Assembly: GCA_947628205.1 (NCBI GenBank)
Contig: CANQYX010000004.1
Location: 1 to 46,633, forward strand
From: an uncultured Clostridia bacterium
GTDB lineage: Bacteria; Bacillota; Clostridia; Christensenellales; UBA1242
DNA length: 46,633 nt
Reading direction: 5' to 3'
The position numbers and the translations under genes were made by a program. This document shows positions 42,576 to 46,633 of the stretch, piece after piece (position 1 is the stretch's first letter; every line of letters starts with the position of its first letter). The notes under the pieces were generated by a model. It ran no database searches. It saw only the letters and a list, made by a program, of their open reading frames with translations, and was not told where the DNA came from.

Positions 42576-43254
42576 GAAATATGTAGAATCCGCTAAACTT
42601 ATTGATAAAACAAAGGTTTACGACGCAAAAGAGGCACTAAATGTGGTTTTAAGCACAGCTAAAGCCAAATTTGACGAAACAATTGAACTTCACATCCGTT
42701 TGGGTGTTGATGGCCGCAATGCAGACCAACAAGTCCGTGGCGTTGTGGTTTTGCCAGAAGGAACTGGTAAAAATGTTCGCGTTTTGGTTATTGCCAAAGG
42801 CGATAAGGCAGAAGAGGCCAAAAAAGCAGGCGCAGACATTGTTGGTGATGATGATATTGTTGCCAAAATTATGTCGGGCAACTGGCTAGATTTTGACGTG
42901 TGCATCACCACACCAGATATGATGGGGGCGCTTGGCCGTTGTGCGCGTATCTTAGGCCCTAAAGGTTTAATGCCAAACCCTAAGAGCGGCACTGTTACTA
43001 TGGACGTAACCAAGGCCATTAAAGACGTTAAAGCCGGTAAAGTTGAATATAGGCTGGACAAACAAAATATTGTGCATGTTCGCATTGGCAAGGCAAGTTT
43101 CGGCGCAGATAGGCTTTATACCAACCTATCCACCGTTATGGATGCAATTATTAAGGCAAAACCTGCCGCAGCAAAAGGAACTTATTTGAAGTCAGTTTAT
43201 GTTGCTTCAACCATGGGCCCAAGCGTTAAATTAAGTTATAGCGACAATAAATAA
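42562..43254 (+). CDS. rplA: 50S ribosomal protein L1
   Basis: [26 protein letters not shown]...[14 protein letters not shown]...QVRG.VVLP.GTGK is canonical L1. 14-nt overlap with rplK. Confidence 0.97.
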   Translation: MERSKKYVESAKLIDKTKVYDAKEALNVVLSTAKAKFDETIELHIRLGVDGRNADQQVRGVVVLPEGTGKNVRVLVIAKGDKAEEAKKAGADIVGDDDIVAKIMSGNWLDFDVCITTPDMMGALGRCARILGPKGLMPNPKSGTVTMDVTKAIKDVKAGKVEYRLDKQNIVHVRIGKASFGADRLYTNLSTVMDAIIKAKPAAAKGTYLKSVYVASTMGPSVKLSYSDNK

Positions 43255-43260
43255 TAATAA

Positions 43261-43287
43261 AAGGTGGCAATTGCCATCTTTTTTTGT
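43261..43287 (+). terminator. Terminator after rplA
   Basis: aaggtggcaa/ttgccatctt stem followed by tttttttg. Confidence 0.75.
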
Positions 43288-43304
43288 TTGAATTTGTATA
43301 TTTA

Positions 43305-43333
43305 TTGACAATTTGTCTGCGTTGTGCTAAAAT
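43305..43333 (+). promoter_or_regulatory. Consensus promoter (extended -10)
   Basis: TTGACA (43305-43310), 17 nt, TGc-TAAAAT (43325-43333). Closely resembles the 40901 promoter (ttgacaattt...gctaaaat). Confidence 0.65.
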
Positions 43334-43349
43334 AATTTTAGGAGATGTT

Positions 43350-44069
43350 ATGAGTTTGAAAACTGAAAAAGTTATAGAGTTTTATAAAATTATCAAAACT
43401 AAGGATGCGGGGGAAGAAAAAACCCTTTTAAGCAAACAAACTTTCGACCCTTCCCACCTGCCATTAACCTTTAAACTTCCTTCTGGCTGCAATTATTTTG
43501 AATGCTATTCGCTAATTTATGGCGAAATTTCTGTTGGCGGCAAAAAGGTGGATATGTGTTCGGACAAATTGAATTTTAAGCAGTACGATTTTTCCGTTGC
43601 CGAAAAAGAGGACTGCCCTAAAGAAATTTATGCCGCTGTTTGTTTGAAATCTTTGCCCGTTTATAAAATTGGCAATATTGATGAAGTTCAAACAGTGCAT
43701 AACATTGGCTACGGCAACCAAGTGCATGGAGATTTTGTTGGCAGTTTCGATTATGTTCAACACCCAAAAACGCTCAATTTAAATGATGTTGTTGTGCGCG
43801 ATGGCTACAACAGGTTTGAGCTTTTCGACACATTAACCACAACGCTTGGCAGCAACCAGGGCGATGTTAAGTTATATTCACAACAAAAGTTGAACCATTC
43901 TGTTTATTATATCGGCCGCTTGGAAGAGGTTATGGCGGACACAAAAACGGTTGTTGCGCACACGCAAGATGGGCTGCGCATAGTTTGCGAAAGGGGCGAA
44001 CTTATCGACCCAAACAATATAGATAAATTTGGCAGAATTGTTTTTGAACCTATTTCGCCAGATATGTAA
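43350..44069 (+). CDS. Hypothetical protein (239 aa)
   Basis: ATG 43350 with RBS aggag. The upstream TTG extension in the ORF track runs through the promoter and is rejected. No family recognised. Confidence 0.6.
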   Translation: MSLKTEKVIEFYKIIKTKDAGEEKTLLSKQTFDPSHLPLTFKLPSGCNYFECYSLIYGEISVGGKKVDMCSDKLNFKQYDFSVAEKEDCPKEIYAAVCLKSLPVYKIGNIDEVQTVHNIGYGNQVHGDFVGSFDYVQHPKTLNLNDVVVRDGYNRFELFDTLTTTLGSNQGDVKLYSQQKLNHSVYYIGRLEEVMADTKTVVAHTQDGLRIVCERGELIDPNNIDKFGRIVFEPISPDM

Positions 44070-44094
44070 TTGCTTTTAAATTTTAGGAGTTGTT

Positions 44095-44559
44095 ATGAGG
44101 AAATTTGAACTTGTTAAACCCGAATTTATGCAATATGGGGTGGACCCCAAAACGCTTAAAAAACCTTACCGCGCAACAAAACACGCCGTTTGTTACGATT
44201 GCTTTTCGCCAATCGACATTGAAATTCCGCCCGAAAGCACTCGGCTTGTGTTTATTAATTTTAAGGCATATTGCAACCCAGACGAGGGCTTTATTTTGGC
44301 ATCAACCAGCGGACTAGGCAAAAAAGGGCTAATTTTGGCAAACGGCATTGGTATTATTGAAAGCGATTATGCGGACAACGAAACGAATGACGGCAACATT
44401 GGCTTTTTGCTTCACAATTTAAACAAAATGCCTTATATGGTTAGGGCGGGAGATAAAATTGGGCAAATTTTCTTTTTTAAATTTTTAACCACAGATGACG
44501 ATGCTGAAACCAATTCAAACGCCAAACGCACGGGCGGGTTTGGCTCAACTGTGAAATAA
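44095..44559 (+). CDS. dut: dUTP diphosphatase (trimeric dUTPase family, YncF/phage-like subtype)
   Basis: Motif III GIGIIESDYADN, motif IV GDKIGQIFF and motif V KRTGGFGSTVK at the C-terminus. RBS aggag. Confidence 0.7.
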   Translation: MRKFELVKPEFMQYGVDPKTLKKPYRATKHAVCYDCFSPIDIEIPPESTRLVFINFKAYCNPDEGFILASTSGLGKKGLILANGIGIIESDYADNETNDGNIGFLLHNLNKMPYMVRAGDKIGQIFFFKFLTTDDDAETNSNAKRTGGFGSTVK

Positions 44560-44586
44560 TTAAATTTATATTATTCCGAGTGGCAT

Positions 44587-44689
44587 GTTATCCTGAACGA
44601 AGTGAAGGATCTAGATGTTTCGCTAACGCTCAACATGACATCGTCGCAACACGCCCCGATTATGTCATCCTGAGCTTGCCGAAGGATCT
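44587..44689. repeat. Three S-family hairpin units
   Basis: 44587-44612 gttatcctgaacgaagtgaaggatct (CC/GG). 44613-44639 agatgtttcgctaacgctcaacatgac (GT/AC, inverted). 44664-44689 gtcatcctgagcttgccgaaggatct (CC/GG). Confidence 0.85.
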
Positions 44690-44694
44690 TATTT

Positions 44695-44723
44695 GAAAAA
44701 AATCCGCATTATGCGGATTTTTT
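44695..44723. terminator. Bidirectional terminator between dut and the peptidase gene
   Basis: aaaaaaa-atccgc-attat-gcggat-tttttt. Confidence 0.75.
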
Positions 44724-46203
44724 ATCTAACCACAACTTTGCCCTGAAGCCAGCTGTTGAAAAAGTTGGTGAGAGCAGTTTTGCTTGTTTTTTCAAAGGCA
44801 GAAATTAAATTTTCTGGCTTGGCGTTGGTGTATTTATTGGCAGAATAATATTCTTTAAGGCCGGAGATAAATTTCTTTTGCCCAATAAGCCCATTTAAAC
44901 TTTCAAACATAAGCACGCTTTTAACATAGGTGCAATAGGTATATTCTGGCTCGGTGGAGTAATCGTAAATCGAGCGCATGCTGGTGTCAATGTCGCCCAA
45001 AACATCGCTGTATACCGACATAAAAAGCGTGTAATTTTCTTTATTTGCTTTAAGCATTTCGGCGTGGGTTAGGTTATATCCGCTGTTGTTGTCATAGAAA
45101 AGCAGGGTGGAATATTCGGTCAGCCCCTCGTCCAGCCAAGGGTGTTCATGCTCGTTGTTGCCAACCACGCCATACCACCATTGATGTGCCGTTTCGTGAA
45201 TTATAACATTTTTATAATCATCTACGTTGTCAATGTCGGCGTTTATAAGCACCAAATTTGGATATTCCATTCCGCCATAAACAAAATCGGCTTTAACCAA
45301 CGAGAAATTTTCGTAAGGGTAATCTCCATACAATTTAGAATAGGTTTTTATTGCATCAATGCCTGTCTGTAAATTGGCTTTGGCGCTGTCATCGTCCTCA
45401 TCAAAATAATAATAGTCCACCGCGGTTTTGTCCGCCATGCCGGAAACAACTTCAAATTTATTGCTTAAAACCAGCGCAAAATCGCGCACCATAAGCGCGG
45501 TGAACTTGCAAACTTTTTTGCCGTTTTCAAGCGTGTCTTGCGTTTTTCTGCCGCTGCCGGCAACTGTGTAGGCGCTGTCCGTGGCAATGTTTACGCTATA
45601 ATTTGCCATGTCGCTGTAAAACGGGTCGCCGTTCGGGCTGTATCCGCTCTCGTCAAACGAGCCGTTTTCGTAAACGCACGCGATAGGGTAAAAATTGCCC
45701 AAATTTATTGTGTTATCGCCATAGCCAAAGCGGTGTTCGCAGTTCGGCAATGTGAAATTGAACTCGATATAAATTTCGACATTTTTGTCTGGCATTAGGC
45801 TAGAATTTAGGTCAACCGACAAAATGCCGTCGCACTCGCCCGAATACACAACCGGTTGGTCTTTGCCAGCAACCGCCACGCGCGTAACTTCAAACTCGGC
45901 GTAACTCATGCCGTGCGGATAGGCCTCGTTCATCTGGGTGGATGCAACCACTTTGCCTGCGCCAACTTCCTCAAAAAACTGCGGATATAGGTGGAATTTA
46001 ACATTTTTTAAAATTGCGCCGCTGTTGTTAACATACATAACGCGCTCGGTGCAAGTTGCACTGTGGGTGGCGGCGTTGAGGTCAACATTTATGATGTATG
46101 AGGTTAAATTTGCGCTTAAATTGTTTAAATTATCTGCCTTTTTGCAGCCAACGAAGGTTAAACTAAAGCAAGCGCACAAAAAACATAAAATAAATTTTTT
46201 CAT
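44722..46203 (-). CDS. M1-family (gluzincin) zinc metallopeptidase lipoprotein
   Basis: MKKFILCFLCACFSLTFVGCKK with lipobox FVGC. GGMEYPNL (GxMEN-type exopeptidase motif). HETAHQWWYGVVGNNEHEHPWLDEGLTEY is HExxH followed 18 residues later by the Glu ligand. Confidence 0.8.
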   Translation of the reverse strand: MKKFILCFLCACFSLTFVGCKKADNLNNLSANLTSYIINVDLNAATHSATCTERVMYVNNSGAILKNVKFHLYPQFFEEVGAGKVVASTQMNEAYPHGMSYAEFEVTRVAVAGKDQPVVYSGECDGILSVDLNSSLMPDKNVEIYIEFNFTLPNCEHRFGYGDNTINLGNFYPIACVYENGSFDESGYSPNGDPFYSDMANYSVNIATDSAYTVAGSGRKTQDTLENGKKVCKFTALMVRDFALVLSNKFEVVSGMADKTAVDYYYFDEDDDSAKANLQTGIDAIKTYSKLYGDYPYENFSLVKADFVYGGMEYPNLVLINADIDNVDDYKNVIIHETAHQWWYGVVGNNEHEHPWLDEGLTEYSTLLFYDNNSGYNLTHAEMLKANKENYTLFMSVYSDVLGDIDTSMRSIYDYSTEPEYTYCTYVKSVLMFESLNGLIGQKKFISGLKEYYSANKYTNAKPENLISAFEKTSKTALTNFFNSWLQGKVVVR

Positions 46204-46242
46204 ACAAAAGTTTATGCTTGTACGTGCGGAAAAAGAACTTTA

Positions 46243-46494
46243 AGATTCTTTGACTCGTTTATTTACCCCATATCAAAGCAAGTTCTCATGGGGACCCCGA
46301 ATTACCCCACTGCCGAACAAAGTTCTTGTGGGGACCCCGAGATCCTTCACTTCGTTAGGATGACATAAGGTTGAGATTGCCACGGTGGTTTGATGGTCAA
46401 ACCGCCTCGCAATGACATGCTGGCGGTGTCATCCTGAGCGAACGAAGTGAGTCGAAGGATCTGGATTTAGATTCTTCGCTTTGCTCAGAATGAC
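46243..46494. repeat. Mosaic cluster of S-, G- and A-family hairpin units
   Basis: Seven parts. 46243-46257: truncated S half. 46265-46299 and 46304-46339: G-units. 46340-46364: CC/GG S-unit. 46373-46416: 44-nt A-unit. 46428-46462: CC/GG S-unit. 46469-46494: TC/GA S-unit. Confidence 0.85.
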
Positions 46495-46546
46495 AAAGGG
46501 TGTTTTGGCTGCACACAAAAAATTTTTAATTAAAATTTGCGTTTGT

Positions 46547-46575
46547 TTTACATTTTAATTTTTTTGTGCTATTAT
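46547..46575 (+). promoter_or_regulatory. Sigma-A type promoter (extended -10) directly abutting an ATG
   Basis: TTTACA (46547-46552), 17 nt, TGc-TATTAT (46567-46575). Confidence 0.55.
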
Positions 46576-46581
46576 ATGGAT

Positions 46582-46633
46582 ATGTCTTTCTGCAAATTCA
46601 GCCCTAGCCAGACGGCTAACAATAAAACTATGG
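46582..46633 (+). CDS. 5' fragment of an unidentified gene (runs off the window), possibly leaderless
   Basis: ATG 46582 (MSFCKFSPSQTANNKTM...) has no RBS. An alternative in-frame ATG lies at 46576. Confidence 0.3.
   Translation, partial: MSFCKFSPSQTANNKTM

Noticed and set aside
1-46633. Alternative genetic code (TGA recoding)
   Set aside because: All conserved genes translate full length with the standard code, and at least one gene (35382-35573) uses TGA as its stop.

Overview
This 46.6 kb chromosomal segment comes from a low-GC, endospore-forming Firmicutes/Clostridia-like bacterium; the species cannot be assigned from sequence alone. Coding regions look roughly 40% GC by eye. Many intergenic spacers are extreme A/T-tract DNA. 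I support about 40 protein genes, falling into three groups. (1) Spore and cell-wall genes: an Amidase_3 protein with PG-binding repeats, spoIIR-like, sleB, ypeB, a CotJC/Mn-catalase-like protein, a PRC-barrel protein and a gerA-type germinant receptor operon (A, B, C subunits). (2) Housekeeping genes: pheS-pheT, rmuC, rpmG-secE-nusG, rplK-rplA, a dUTPase, a P-type ATPase, an acyl-ACP thioesterase, an M1 metallopeptidase lipoprotein and a VanW protein. (3) Accessory or unknown genes: a 2793-aa membrane-anchored giant surface protein, two BspA-type LRR proteins, an XRE-regulator cassette and several small orphan ORFs. I recognised no rRNA, tRNA, CRISPR array, transposase or integrase. The most interesting observations are these. 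(a) Seven intergenic loci carry a modular, mutually nested family of short hairpin repeats, with clear compensatory base-pair covariation between copies. (b) A 382-aa cytoplasmic protein has a C-terminal half that matches the diadenylate cyclase (DAC) layout, but the signature motifs are altered (DGI / RKR) and the N-terminal domain is unknown. (c) An 11-nt poly-G tract sits exactly in the spacer of the promoter of an LRR surface lipoprotein, which is the classic geometry of a phase-variation switch. (d) A low-GC XRE cassette has overlapping divergent promoters and phased TTAAC-N5-GTTAA operators. (e) A signal-less protein carries nine exact-length 33-aa (99-bp) tandem repeats fused to an LRR domain. 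(f) Orphan genes interrupt the normally contiguous nusG-rplK-rplA-rplJL ribosomal cluster. All functional calls rest on by-eye motif recognition; no searches were run.
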